The notes under the pieces are model-generated. The model was not told where the DNA came from, made no database searches, and saw only the letters and a list, made by a program, of their open reading frames with translations. From a virus, in the IMG/VR virus record IMGVR_UViG_3300043411_001777, positions 25,968-89,967 of that record: DNA of 64,000 nt; one strand, given 5' to 3'. Made by a program: the position numbers and the translations under genes. Of this stretch, positions 25,984 through 35,056 are shown in pieces; the stretch's first letter is position 1, and each line of letters begins with the position of its first letter.

Positions 25984-27400
25984 ATTTGTTATCCACGACC
26001 CGGATATGACAGACCGTAGGGGTGTTGACCGTGGGTATCACGTGGCCCGGATTGATGCTTTCGTAGATAGTGCAAGCTTTCCAGAAATGGAGGAGCCTCC
26101 CAATCCACCCGCCTCTGTCCCAGAAGGGAAGGTGCACATCGGGTTCATCAAATTCACTTGGATCCCTAAAAAGGAATGGCAACGCATAGTCCCCACCGTT
26201 TGGCATTATTCTTACCTTTTCAGGGGGTACCATAAATTTGAGGGTTACGTCAAAGACGGCAAACAGGAGAGTCTTTACAAAGCCATCCTTTACGATCTGA
26301 TTTGGGACCCAACCATAGGACCAGATAAGGCTATTACGAAGGCGAAAAAAAAGCTTATGCCGGATATGCTGAAATTCAAGTCTCAGATTGTTGACAAACC
26401 CTTTGTGGACTACATCCGTGTTTCCCCAGAGGTTCAGCGCCAAGGGGTTGGGACACAGCTCTACATCCAAGCAGCCAAATACCTAGCCACCAAAGGATTG
26501 AAGCTCCACGCATCCACTTTGCAGTCCGACGCCGCTAAAGCCTCTTGGGAGGCCATGAAACGGAAAGGTCTCCCCGTCAAGAAATACAAGAAGCGCGTCA
26601 CACTGGACTATCGAAAGCTTGCGGCCTTGTACCTCACCAAACGAGCCTCGCAATTCCAGGCTGAAATGGGGAAACTTGAAAGGCTGACTCAGCCCCTACA
26701 GACCAACCCCGGAAACGCTGGGGCCGTGTTTGACAGTTTGGACCATATCACGAAGCTGCTCAATATGCTGGAGGCGGCTAACACCGATCCAAAGCTCGAA
26801 ACGGCGATTGACAGCACTCGGGGGTATTGGCGAAAACAGTCCGAAAAGCTGCGTTCTAATGACGGCATGGCCGAAGTAGGTCAGGCCTTGACCACTGCAC
26901 ATATGGGGCTGGAGACGTTGATTAAACGCATTCAGACGGCTGCGACCCCTGAGATTCGCATTGATGGGGTGCAGATCCACAATACGGCAAACGCTCCCGA
27001 AGAGCATTTCAGGCCATTCATCAGTAAGGCGCTGTCTCTTCTAGGGCCCTTTAGGTCTTGCCCTATTCATATCGTGAGGAAGGATCAGGTTCCTATGACC
27101 GTGGGGCATCCTGGGGCCTATTACAAGGCCAGCGAGGACAACATTTATTTCGTTTGGCCTGTTCCCGATGAGCGGGATGCGGTAGAACGGTTGCTACACG
27201 AGATCGGACATCGGGTCTGGTTCAAAAACCTGAACTCCGAACAGCGGTCCGATTGGGAAGAGGCTTTTGGCTCCTACGCATTTGAAACCCCCTATGCAAG
27301 AATTTCCCCGAAAGAGGAATTTGCAGAGGTTTTCGCTCATTGGAGGCTCAAAAAAGCCATCCGTGAGAATGCCCTGCGTATGGAAATAGCAACCCGTTAA
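25973..27400 (+). CDS. GNAT-like N-terminal module plus HExxH zincin-like module (475 aa); paralog family Z, member 2
   Basis: VSPEVQRQGVGTQLYIQAAKYL resembles the GNAT acetyl-CoA motif A. LHEIGHRVWF and the EEFAEVFAHW tail follow. Start MDIEF overlaps the previous stop by 11 nt. Confidence 0.6.
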   Translation: MDIEFVIHDPDMTDRRGVDRGYHVARIDAFVDSASFPEMEEPPNPPASVPEGKVHIGFIKFTWIPKKEWQRIVPTVWHYSYLFRGYHKFEGYVKDGKQESLYKAILYDLIWDPTIGPDKAITKAKKKLMPDMLKFKSQIVDKPFVDYIRVSPEVQRQGVGTQLYIQAAKYLATKGLKLHASTLQSDAAKASWEAMKRKGLPVKKYKKRVTLDYRKLAALYLTKRASQFQAEMGKLERLTQPLQTNPGNAGAVFDSLDHITKLLNMLEAANTDPKLETAIDSTRGYWRKQSEKLRSNDGMAEVGQALTTAHMGLETLIKRIQTAATPEIRIDGVQIHNTANAPEEHFRPFISKALSLLGPFRSCPIHIVRKDQVPMTVGHPGAYYKASEDNIYFVWPVPDERDAVERLLHEIGHRVWFKNLNSEQRSDWEEAFGSYAFETPYARISPKEEFAEVFAHWRLKKAIRENALRMEIATR

Positions 27401-27416
27401 CCCTTGGGGGGTCACA

Positions 27417-27635
27417 GTGGTATCCTGGCGCACAGAAGATAACGAAAGTGTCGATATGGGCAAAGCTCTCATCATCAGCGAGACCAATTCCGCTATCCTA
27501 GCCAAGCTCGAATCCAAGGAGGAGATTTGGATCCCGAAGTCCGTCGTTCATGACGACTCTGAGGTTTCGTCGTTGGATGACGAAGGGGTCTTGATTGTCA
27601 AGCATTGGTGGGCGGAGAAAAATGGCTGGGCCTGA
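27417..27635 (+). CDS. hypothetical protein (72 aa)
   Basis: ORF. Confidence 0.4.
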   Translation: MVSWRTEDNESVDMGKALIISETNSAILAKLESKEEIWIPKSVVHDDSEVSSLDDEGVLIVKHWWAEKNGWA

Positions 27636-27647
27636 GTAAACCATTTA

Positions 27648-27974
27648 TTGAGCCCCCTCAGCATGGCTGACCCAAAGAAAATCGCGAAACTTTACATGGA
27701 CAACCAGGCTAACCTTTACAGGCGTGCGGGTATAACTCCCATGGTCATTAAGTACGATCTAGCCAAGAAAGCTTGGGTTTACGAAGCCGGGGCAAAGTCT
27801 GGGGACCTTGGGATCACCAGCAAAACGGTTTCCATCACCACTATGCGTAAGAAACTCGCACAGATCCTCGGAAAAGACTTCCCTTCCGCTGCGCGAAATG
27901 ACGATGCGTGGACCTTCCGCATGGAAGGATATTCCGCAAAGAGCGAATTCGCAACGTACACTTATTCCGGGTGA
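27648..27974 (+). CDS. hypothetical protein (108 aa)
   Basis: ORF. Confidence 0.45.
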   Translation: MSPLSMADPKKIAKLYMDNQANLYRRAGITPMVIKYDLAKKAWVYEAGAKSGDLGITSKTVSITTMRKKLAQILGKDFPSAARNDDAWTFRMEGYSAKSEFATYTYSG

Positions 27975-28203
27975 CCCCTTGCCAATACAATCAGGCCCAC
28001 GTGTTGAACTCTCGTGCTATTCCTGCCAATTTCACAAGCAGGAGCGGTATCGAGTCCAGGGTGACTCCGGCTACAACCATTCCTGCACGAAGCTAGGGAT
28101 TGCCTTACCAGAGGTTCCAGGATGCCCGCCAGACCCCAAGTGCCCGTTCATCCTAGAGGCACTTGGGGAAGCTGTAATCGGGGTCGCAGCGATGAAGAAA
28201 GCC

Positions 28204-28464
28204 CTAATCGGGGTCGGCTAGATCGTGAATCGCCGATAGGTCCAACTTCTGGATCGCCTCTTCGACATTGGATCTAGGGGTGCCCATGTGGTCATGCTCT
28301 TCGAGCGCTTGAAGTGCGGGCTGAATCATCCGGAGCATGCCTCCCACCCGGCATTCAGTCTCCTCAATCTCACGCTTGACTCGTTGAAGGATGCCAGCCA
28401 CCAGATCCCCATCGGGACCGAAGGTCTTGAGGCGCTCCATCATGTAGTTTACATAGCTGTCCAT
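28204..28464 (-). CDS. hypothetical protein, paralog of 28464-28805 (86 aa)
   Basis: Shared F(G/S)PDG-LVA--L--V--E(I/L)E motif. Confidence 0.45.
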   Translation of the reverse strand: MDSYVNYMMERLKTFGPDGDLVAGILQRVKREIEETECRVGGMLRMIQPALQALEEHDHMGTPRSNVEEAIQKLDLSAIHDLADPD

Positions 28465-28805
28465 TACCCTTCCTTGAACTTAGGGAGCTGTGGCAACACC
28501 GCTTGAATTGCGCTCGTTACAGCTTCACGAGTCCAATCCGCAGAAACGTACCATTCTACGGTCTTAAACACAGGCCGGATGGTCTGAAACAGAACCTCAG
28601 GGGAAATCCAAGCATCATCCTCGGAATGCTCATCCTTTTCCGATTCCAACTCGGAAAGGACCCACTCCAATGCCTCAGCAACTAATGCGCCGTCAGGACT
28701 AAAATCCCGCAGAAACGTGGCCATATCCCTGGCATCACGTCGCGTGTTCGCGTCGAAAGATTCGACCGTCTTGTAACAGAGATAATTGTAGGCGCCACCG
28801 CTCAT
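28464..28805 (-). CDS. hypothetical protein, paralog of 28204-28464 (113 aa)
   Basis: MATFLRDFSPDGALVAEALEWVLSELES. Confidence 0.5.
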   Translation of the reverse strand: MSGGAYNYLCYKTVESFDANTRRDARDMATFLRDFSPDGALVAEALEWVLSELESEKDEHSEDDAWISPEVLFQTIRPVFKTVEWYVSADWTREAVTSAIQAVLPQLPKFKEG

Positions 28806-28850
28806 TGGGATCCTCCTGGAACATAGAGAGGACCCACATAGCGGTGAAAG

Positions 28851-29300
28851 TTAGTCCTTTATCAGCTTGATTCCGAACGTGGGCCCGACTCGGAGTAGTG
28901 TGAGCGGGCCCAGGTTGAATTGGCCCGTTGTCTGGTCGGCCAGCTCACTGTTCAGCTCCACGTGCTTCAAGAACGAATTCCAAAGCCCCTGAGCAGCTTC
29001 CATTGTCATGGAGAAACGCTGTGAGATCGCCGCAACCAACTCGTCCCCTAGATAGATTATCCTCCCCGGATAGGAATAGCGCCGACGTGCTGCCCGAGAC
29101 TCTGGCTCAGGCAGGATAGACAGGTACGCCTGACCCTTCACTTTCCCGAAGCAAAGCGAAACGGGAGCGTGCATTTCCAACGTGGACGTATCCCAGATAA
29201 TGCTTTCGATTACCGAGGTTACGTGATAGACATCGGGATTTGAGTCCACGTTAATCGTCCTTCTCGTCCAAGTTCTCTTCCAGAGACTGTTCATCAGCAA
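28851..29300 (-). CDS. hypothetical protein (149 aa)
   Basis: ORF. Confidence 0.5.
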   Translation of the reverse strand: MLMNSLWKRTWTRRTINVDSNPDVYHVTSVIESIIWDTSTLEMHAPVSLCFGKVKGQAYLSILPEPESRAARRRYSYPGRIIYLGDELVAAISQRFSMTMEAAQGLWNSFLKHVELNSELADQTTGQFNLGPLTLLRVGPTFGIKLIKD

Positions 29301-29430
29301 GGACCTTTTTAGGAAGGTGCACTTTATGCGCGGTTGAGGTTCCGTTTCGGATAGCCTTAACCTCGGCTAGAGCCCCCTCAAACATATTATCACCAAGAGG
29401 CTTTGGCGTTGCCCTAGACTTCTTCTTCAT
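29251..29430 (-). CDS. small basic protein (59 aa)
   Basis: Internal start MKKKSRATPKPLG. Low confidence. Confidence 0.3.
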   Translation of the reverse strand: MKKKSRATPKPLGDNMFEGALAEVKAIRNGTSTAHKVHLPKKVLADEQSLEENLDEKDD

Positions 29431-29710
29431 CGTCGTCTCCCTCTTCGTCTCCCTCTTCGTCTCCATCCACGGTTTCTCCTTCACACCCGGGACCATATAC
29501 GGTCACCGAATCCCCAGAACGGGGATCCTCTTCATACCCCCATTCATGCTCCAGTAACTGCCCTTCACCATTGTGAAATGCCCGATAGGCGTCAAACTTC
29601 GTTGAACCTTCGGGAAGGTCCACCGTAAGCTCCGCCTCGCCCTTAATGGGGACGACCACCGTCCACCGCACGAATCCGGGCTTGACCCCCGGCCGTATTT
29701 CTGGAATCAT
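29414..29710 (-). CDS. hypothetical protein with a strongly acidic C-terminal tail (98 aa)
   Basis: ...GETVDGDEEGDEEGDDDEEEV. Confidence 0.45.
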   Translation of the reverse strand: MIPEIRPGVKPGFVRWTVVVPIKGEAELTVDLPEGSTKFDAYRAFHNGEGQLLEHEWGYEEDPRSGDSVTVYGPGCEGETVDGDEEGDEEGDDDEEEV

Positions 29711-30129
29711 ACCTTCGTCCCTCTTACCACAGCAGTGACCAACTTCCCGTCATACTTGCCCGGGAAGTTCGCTGCGAACCACGCATGCGCAGCTCCCGGG
29801 GTCGAGAGCCCATTTTCCTGGACGAGATTACGGATCTCATCCTCTGAAAGCTGAGCCGGCGTTGCCGGAAGCAACGGCCTGAGAATATCATTCTCAGCGC
29901 GAAGCTGCTCCGCAGTCTCTCGCTTCGACTCGTCGGAAGCGATGGCTTTTAGGGTCAGCTCGTTGTTTTCGATGGCCTTACGGATGGTGCCAGCGACCAC
30001 CTTATCCTCAGGATTCTTATCCTGACGGGACGCATCCCCAATCACCACGCCAAGGACATCTCGCTTGAGCGCGTCCTTGGACTTAATGGCTTCGATTCGA
30101 AGAGCTTTGATTTCGTCAAACAGCGACAT
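29707..30129 (-). CDS. GatB/YqeY-domain protein (140 aa)
   Basis: MSLFDEIKALRIEAIKSKD... and the C-terminal FPGKYDGKLVTAVVR match the YqeY fold signature. Confidence 0.6.
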   Translation of the reverse strand: MSLFDEIKALRIEAIKSKDALKRDVLGVVIGDASRQDKNPEDKVVAGTIRKAIENNELTLKAIASDESKRETAEQLRAENDILRPLLPATPAQLSEDEIRNLVQENGLSTPGAAHAWFAANFPGKYDGKLVTAVVRGTKV

Positions 30130-30922
30130 TTGCCTTACTCCTGGCGGCATATTCCGAAACGGCTGCCACCACAATACTTGGATCACAATTGTACAGGTCT
30201 GCCGAGCTAAAAGGGTTCAGCTCCATCAGGAAAAGCTTATCGTCACACCGACACACGTCCAGTACGTAAACACCAGCGTCTACGTCAAGTTCGCGTGCAA
30301 TTTCCTCTGCAAAAGCCCAAGGATTATAATTCCAGGGGTTATGGTCCTCATACAGGGGCATCCCCGGCTTGTTGTCCTTGTACCCGCTTCCAGTGACGAC
30401 CTTTCTGTCAACCACTACGAACCGGTATTCGGTTCCCACGTTGCGGACGGGAGACACGATGATCGGAATGTTAAGATCATCGTAGTAAACCCCGTAATCC
30501 AACAGCTTAAGGAGAGCACCTATCGTAGGGGCATCTACCTTACTCACCACCCGCCCGCTGAATTCCTTGTCTGGCCGGTCAGGACGGACAAAGACACTTT
30601 CTGAGGCCCCCACCGCCTCAAAGTAGACCCCAGGCCCTGGGAGGGAGACAAATTGGTTTACCGTCGTCTGCACCCACGGCTGTTGAAGCGACCACTTACC
30701 CGCCTTTGGGTAATACGAAGAACAGTTGAAATCGAAGGTGCCGAAATTCGACCCGACTGAACGCTTAGAGCCTTCAATGCTCCCGCGATATACACGGGGG
30801 ATTTCCTCGGAAACTGTTGTGGCTGCCTTTACTGGCCCCATCCACTGATGGCCTTGGCGCTCAATCTCAGCCTTTAGGCTGGTGTGCTCGTTGAAGACAC
30901 CCTTTTCCAGAACCCAAAGCAT
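30116..30922 (-). CDS. ATP-grasp-fold enzyme (268 aa)
   Basis: C-terminal YVLDVCRCDDKLFLMELNP is the typical ATP-grasp Mg/ATP motif (E-x-N). The start was chosen to avoid a 44-nt overlap. Confidence 0.55.
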   Translation of the reverse strand: MLWVLEKGVFNEHTSLKAEIERQGHQWMGPVKAATTVSEEIPRVYRGSIEGSKRSVGSNFGTFDFNCSSYYPKAGKWSLQQPWVQTTVNQFVSLPGPGVYFEAVGASESVFVRPDRPDKEFSGRVVSKVDAPTIGALLKLLDYGVYYDDLNIPIIVSPVRNVGTEYRFVVVDRKVVTGSGYKDNKPGMPLYEDHNPWNYNPWAFAEEIARELDVDAGVYVLDVCRCDDKLFLMELNPFSSADLYNCDPSIVVAAVSEYAARSKANVAV

Positions 30923-30923
30923 A

Positions 30924-31478
30924 TCAGACCCCTGCCTCAAAATCGATTTCGTCGATCGGCTGGACAATCATCCAAGCCGTTTCAGTCGCAGAATTGTTCT
31001 GCGTTTCCTTTACAAGGACCCCATCCTTGTAAAGCAACGATACCTTTCCATCTGTCCACTCCAAGGATTTGGAGAAAGCGTTCACCACGGCGAGCCCGGC
31101 CCCTACTCCAGGGTTTCCTTTATCCTCACACTGACAGGCATGCATTTCCTCCAGCATTACTCGGATAGGCGTCCGCTCCATCCCTGGCCTTTTGGTGGAC
31201 AGGTCGGGCAGCCCTGTAAAGGTGAAGAAGATTTCCCGGCTTTGCTTGTAGACCTTCACCTTCACCTCAAAACCGATCCTCTGAGGAGAGAAGAAATTGT
31301 CTAGGGTTGCCATTACGATCTGACGTACCCCTTCCCGCTTGTAATTCGCGAGGTACATATCAGGGCGCTTACGGATGGCATCGATGGAAGAAAGCAGTTT
31401 CAAGGTAGGTCTCCTACAGGAGGGTACCAACGACAAGCCCCAACTTAGGGTTCCAAGTTGGGGCTTGTCTGCGCACAA
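30924..31478 (-). CDS. GyrB N-terminal (GHKL ATPase)-like fragment protein (184 aa), likely degenerate
   Basis: LSSIDAIRKRPDMY is like GyrB RKRPGMYIG, and GVGAGLAVVNAFSKSLEW is like GyrB GVGASVVNALS. The N-box/G1 motifs are not evident. TTG start. Confidence 0.35.
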   Translation of the reverse strand: MCADKPQLGTLSWGLSLVPSCRRPTLKLLSSIDAIRKRPDMYLANYKREGVRQIVMATLDNFFSPQRIGFEVKVKVYKQSREIFFTFTGLPDLSTKRPGMERTPIRVMLEEMHACQCEDKGNPGVGAGLAVVNAFSKSLEWTDGKVSLLYKDGVLVKETQNNSATETAWMIVQPIDEIDFEAGV

Positions 31479-31493
31479 AACGGGGAGCTGGGT

Positions 31494-32453
31494 TTATGGC
31501 TCTACAAAGGGCTGGTCCGCTGCTTCCTTAGCAGCCTCCACACGCTTGATCAACTCGGCATTGATCGCCTGGTCCATCCATGCTGAGGTGTTCAAAGGCT
31601 TGGTCATACCCTCATTATAGGGTACGAAGAAGACGTTATTATCCCCAGCAGCAGCCTTGCCCATGGTCTGAATCTGCTCGTAGGCGATGAACTGGGGCGT
31701 GATAGAGGCCCCCAGGATGGCATTGGCGTCCGCCACGGACTGAGCGTCCAACAAGCGCTTCTGCGCCTGAATCTGGGCAACCTTGAGATCCGCCTGGGCC
31801 TCTGCAACCTGTGCTTCACCCCGAGCACGCGCTGTCTCAATCTCCACCACCTTCTTAGCCCGAGCTTCCTGGGCATCGGTCACCACATCGGGAAAATCCA
31901 GGTCTGTCAGACTGACCCGCTTGATCTTCACCATACCGTGCTGGGAACTCGCCGTGACTGCCGCCTGTACCTCTTCGATAACAGAGGCGCGAGACTTCAC
32001 CAACTGATCCGTCGAATACCTCGAAATGACCTTCTGGGCTTCCTGAGCCGCATTCGGAATCACATAGGTCTCTGCCAACTGATTGAGCGTGATAACATAG
32101 GGTTCCCCACTAGCGCGAGGGGTCTGTTCCGGCTTCAAATCCTGAAAGGCATTCTTTACGGCCTCTACATCGTTGAGGTCCAACGAAATCAGAATGTCAA
32201 GCGTGAACTTGAAATTCAGAGAATCGTTGCACAACACATCCATCGGAATCTTGAAGTTCTCATCCGTGGTTTCCATGAGATACATGCGACAGCGCCCAAT
32301 GCATGTATGATTTCCAGGCTGGAGAATCCCAGGGTCGAAACCGCTGGGCTCCCGCAACCGACCGATATGGCCCGCAGGCACCGGCTCCGTGCAAGCCGAA
32401 AGAACGAAGAGCAGACCGAAAATAGCGAGCAGACGATACATATTATTCAGCAT
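31494..32453 (-). CDS. SPFH/band-7 (prohibitin/HflC-like) lipoprotein (about 315-319 aa)
   Basis: Signal peptide plus lipobox MYRLLAIFGLLFVLSAC. A central SPFH-like region is followed by an Ala/Gln/Glu-rich coiled coil. Confidence 0.6.
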   Translation of the reverse strand: MLNNMYRLLAIFGLLFVLSACTEPVPAGHIGRLREPSGFDPGILQPGNHTCIGRCRMYLMETTDENFKIPMDVLCNDSLNFKFTLDILISLDLNDVEAVKNAFQDLKPEQTPRASGEPYVITLNQLAETYVIPNAAQEAQKVISRYSTDQLVKSRASVIEEVQAAVTASSQHGMVKIKRVSLTDLDFPDVVTDAQEARAKKVVEIETARARGEAQVAEAQADLKVAQIQAQKRLLDAQSVADANAILGASITPQFIAYEQIQTMGKAAAGDNNVFFVPYNEGMTKPLNTSAWMDQAINAELIKRVEAAKEAADQPFVEP

Positions 32454-32730
32454 CCTTATTACGCAGGTTCTTGAACTGGTTACGGAATTCATTGTATTCT
32501 CGGCCTACAGGAACCTCTTCCTTAGGCTGAGGTGGGACGACAACAACAGGACGAACAGCGGCTTCCTTTTCCTTGTGGTCATCCACAAAGATGGGGTTTG
32601 GGGGCTCCACATTAAACGTTTTGGACGGTTGGATTTCCCCTGCCGTATTCATGCAGAAATACGCGCCAATGCTGGCGGGAACGATGGCGAAAACAACTAC
32701 TGTCCAAAAAACGCCCACATACTTAATCAT
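32443..32730 (-). CDS. small membrane-anchored protein (95 aa), possible NfeD-like partner of the SPFH protein
   Basis: N-terminal TM helix VGVFWTVVVFAIVPASIGAYF and a Pro/Val-rich C-terminus. Confidence 0.4.
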   Translation of the reverse strand: MIKYVGVFWTVVVFAIVPASIGAYFCMNTAGEIQPSKTFNVEPPNPIFVDDHKEKEAAVRPVVVVPPQPKEEVPVGREYNEFRNQFKNLRNKDAE

Positions 32731-33431
32731 GGCTGGCCTTTAGCTTGAAGGTATCGCGCTAGAAACGCGCTGGGGCTCTCACTGATTAGTCCCAGTGCCT
32801 TACGTGCTCGTGTGCGAGCCTCGTTTTTAGCGATATCGGGTTCCTGAGCACTTGTATTCGAGTTGAGCTTGCTGGTTGCCCTATCGGCCCGAGCCTGGAG
32901 GTAATCAGTAAGCGTCTGATTTGCGGCCCTAACCTTGTCTTCAAGACCACGCTGTGGTCGTTGTAGATCATAAATCAACGCACGGACACGCTCGCGCTCA
33001 TCCTCGGCCTTATTGAGGGCCGAACGGGCTGCCTTTATGGCAGGGTCAGTCAAAGTGAAGTGTTGCCGGATCTCCGACAAAGCTTCCTCGAATGGGGACT
33101 TTGTATAGCTGGCCGCATTGGACGCCTTCAATTGGCGGTGCTCAGTCCACTTCCACCCCGACTCCAGCTCCAGCATCTCAACCAATGCCGGTGAGAAATC
33201 GTCGCCGACCCCACCTTCAAGTACAGAGATGCCCACAGCCACGAGTCGGGCGGCGTAGACCTCCTTAAGGTGTTGGCGAGCATCAACAGCATCCTTGTCT
33301 GCATTGGCTTGAGCCTGAACCAGCTTGGCTAGTTGACTGGCGTAGACTGGATCCTCTTGCAGAGCTTTCAGCGCCTGTTGTGCACTGTCTAGAACAGCTT
33401 GCAGTTCCGCTTCTCGCTTTGGAATCGTCAT
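32727..33431 (-). CDS. hypothetical coiled-coil protein (234 aa)
   Basis: ORF. Confidence 0.5.
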   Translation of the reverse strand: MTIPKREAELQAVLDSAQQALKALQEDPVYASQLAKLVQAQANADKDAVDARQHLKEVYAARLVAVGISVLEGGVGDDFSPALVEMLELESGWKWTEHRQLKASNAASYTKSPFEEALSEIRQHFTLTDPAIKAARSALNKAEDERERVRALIYDLQRPQRGLEDKVRAANQTLTDYLQARADRATSKLNSNTSAQEPDIAKNEARTRARKALGLISESPSAFLARYLQAKGQP

Positions 33432-33460
33432 AACCGCTACTACCTTGCTAGAGTCGAGGT

Positions 33461-34372
33461 TTAGGTCGAAATCTCGTAGTTGCAGACGAAAACCTCATCC
33501 GTAACCGGTTTCGCCTTACGAGCGACTTTCCCGTAATTGTAATCCATGACGTGAAGATGGAAACCTTCTGCCAAGAGCTTTGTTACCACAAGGGGATTAT
33601 CGTCGCTATCCGCCCGATAGACATTGGACAAGCCGACACTATCACCCCTCTCGTTCAAACGCATGCACGTATCGTACAGGGTTAGGTCTTGGGTACGCCC
33701 CCAGAAAGTGTTGTACCCAGCCCCATTGTGGGCTCCCGAGTAGGGAGGATCCATATACACCATGGACCCTTCGGGAATGGGCACCTGATCGAAGGGGAGG
33801 CTGTGATAGCTCAGCTTATGCTGATGGGGCTGGAGGTGTTTACGGAAAGCAGTGATTTTCTCTTGGGTCCGCGAATTGAATGAGCGCTGTCCCCAAGTCT
33901 GATTGAACCCCATATTCAGGTTGAACCGGAGCATGTTGTTGGTGCAACTCAGCATAAGGGCGTAGAGCCGAGCGGGAGATTTCTCCCTGTTGTACTCAGC
34001 CCGTAATGCATTATATCCGTTTTGGGTTAGAGCTGTAGCACAAAAAGCCTTTACAAGCTCGACAAAGCCCGGGTCCTGGATTAAGGCTTTGTGTGCTCCG
34101 ACCAAGTCCCCAATGAGATCGTTGACTATGACGTGTTCGTATCGGTCAATGACATTGGTGTAGACAGCCCCACCTCCCGTGAACAAGTCGACAAAGGTGG
34201 AGGGCTTAGGGTCGAATTTGGGGATGAGTTGGTTTAGGAGAAGGAATTTGCTTCCGGTGTAGTTGAAGGGCGGTTGGACGTAATCCGGACTTTCAGAGAG
34301 GAAGGCGAGCAAATCTGTCACAACAGATCCCCATTGCTGTCTACCGAGACATCCTTTCCGCATCTGGCACAT
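33461..34372 (-). CDS. DNA N6-adenine methyltransferase, Dam-like D12 class (303 aa; N-terminus uncertain)
   Basis: FNYTGSKF, FTGGGAVY (SAM-binding) and catalytic DPPY (MVYMDPPYSG). Confidence 0.8.
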   Translation of the reverse strand: MCQMRKGCLGRQQWGSVVTDLLAFLSESPDYVQPPFNYTGSKFLLLNQLIPKFDPKPSTFVDLFTGGGAVYTNVIDRYEHVIVNDLIGDLVGAHKALIQDPGFVELVKAFCATALTQNGYNALRAEYNREKSPARLYALMLSCTNNMLRFNLNMGFNQTWGQRSFNSRTQEKITAFRKHLQPHQHKLSYHSLPFDQVPIPEGSMVYMDPPYSGAHNGAGYNTFWGRTQDLTLYDTCMRLNERGDSVGLSNVYRADSDDNPLVVTKLLAEGFHLHVMDYNYGKVARKAKPVTDEVFVCNYEIST

Positions 34373-34587
34373 TGTACGTGCGAGCTACACCCGTCGAATT
34401 CTAGGTATTTACCTCGGGTATGCCAGCCCAACTTTTGGCACAGCCACGACCAGCTCAGCCCCTTTTTGTTGGCGTAGTAGCTGAGACGGTCGACTAGCAT
34501 CAAAAGCATCAAAATGCTACAGAAGAGGCCGATGATGTACAACCCCCACATAGGAATCTGAGTGCTCACTTCCATTCCCCTTCCCAA
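34318..34587 (-). CDS. small membrane protein (89 aa)
   Basis: Hydrophobic helix LYIIGLFCSILMLLMLV. Its 3' end overlaps the putative methyltransferase N-terminus, so one of the two starts is wrong. Confidence 0.3.
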   Translation of the reverse strand: MGRGMEVSTQIPMWGLYIIGLFCSILMLLMLVDRLSYYANKKGLSWSWLCQKLGWHTRGKYLEFDGCSSHVQCARCGKDVSVDSNGDLL

Positions 34588-34865
34588 TCGATCGGAGCGG
34601 CATCATAGGCAGCCTGAACCCGAGCTAAAAGCTCGGACAAAGGCTTCATTGAGTCCCAAGGAGTCTCAGGGCATTTGGTGCTCCGAGGAAACCTCTCCCG
34701 GAGGCCGAGAGTTTGAGCTTCCTCAAACCCATGATGGGCTTGGAACAAGCTCAATTCCACTTCCCCAGTTTCAGGGGTCCAACATGGAATTGCGCACCAC
34801 CCCTGAACAGCTAAGTTCGTAGCCGCAGTTTCCAGCTCTTCGGGGGTGTCAAAAGTCAGGGGCAT
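34566..34865 (-). CDS. hypothetical protein (99 aa)
   Basis: Internal start MPLTFDTPEEL. Confidence 0.4.
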   Translation of the reverse strand: MPLTFDTPEELETAATNLAVQGWCAIPCWTPETGEVELSLFQAHHGFEEAQTLGLRERFPRSTKCPETPWDSMKPLSELLARVQAAYDAAPIDWEGEWK

Positions 34866-35050
34866 GCAGTTTCCGCAGCCGCAGCCGCACACTTCTTCTT
34901 CCGGCGATCATGGAAGAACTTGGTGACTCCCGCAGCGCCCAGAAGGGCGCTGCCCAGCACAGCCCCATGGAAAGGGCAGGGGCAGATCACGAACCCCATC
35001 ATAAACGTTCCAAAACCAGCAGCACCCGTCTTAACCTTCGACATACTCAC
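34856..35050 (-). CDS. small Cys-containing membrane protein (64 aa)
   Basis: FMMGFVICPCPFHGAVLGSALLGAAG. Confidence 0.35.
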   Translation of the reverse strand: MSMSKVKTGAAGFGTFMMGFVICPCPFHGAVLGSALLGAAGVTKFFHDRRKKKCAAAAAETACP

Positions 35051-35056
35051 AACTCC

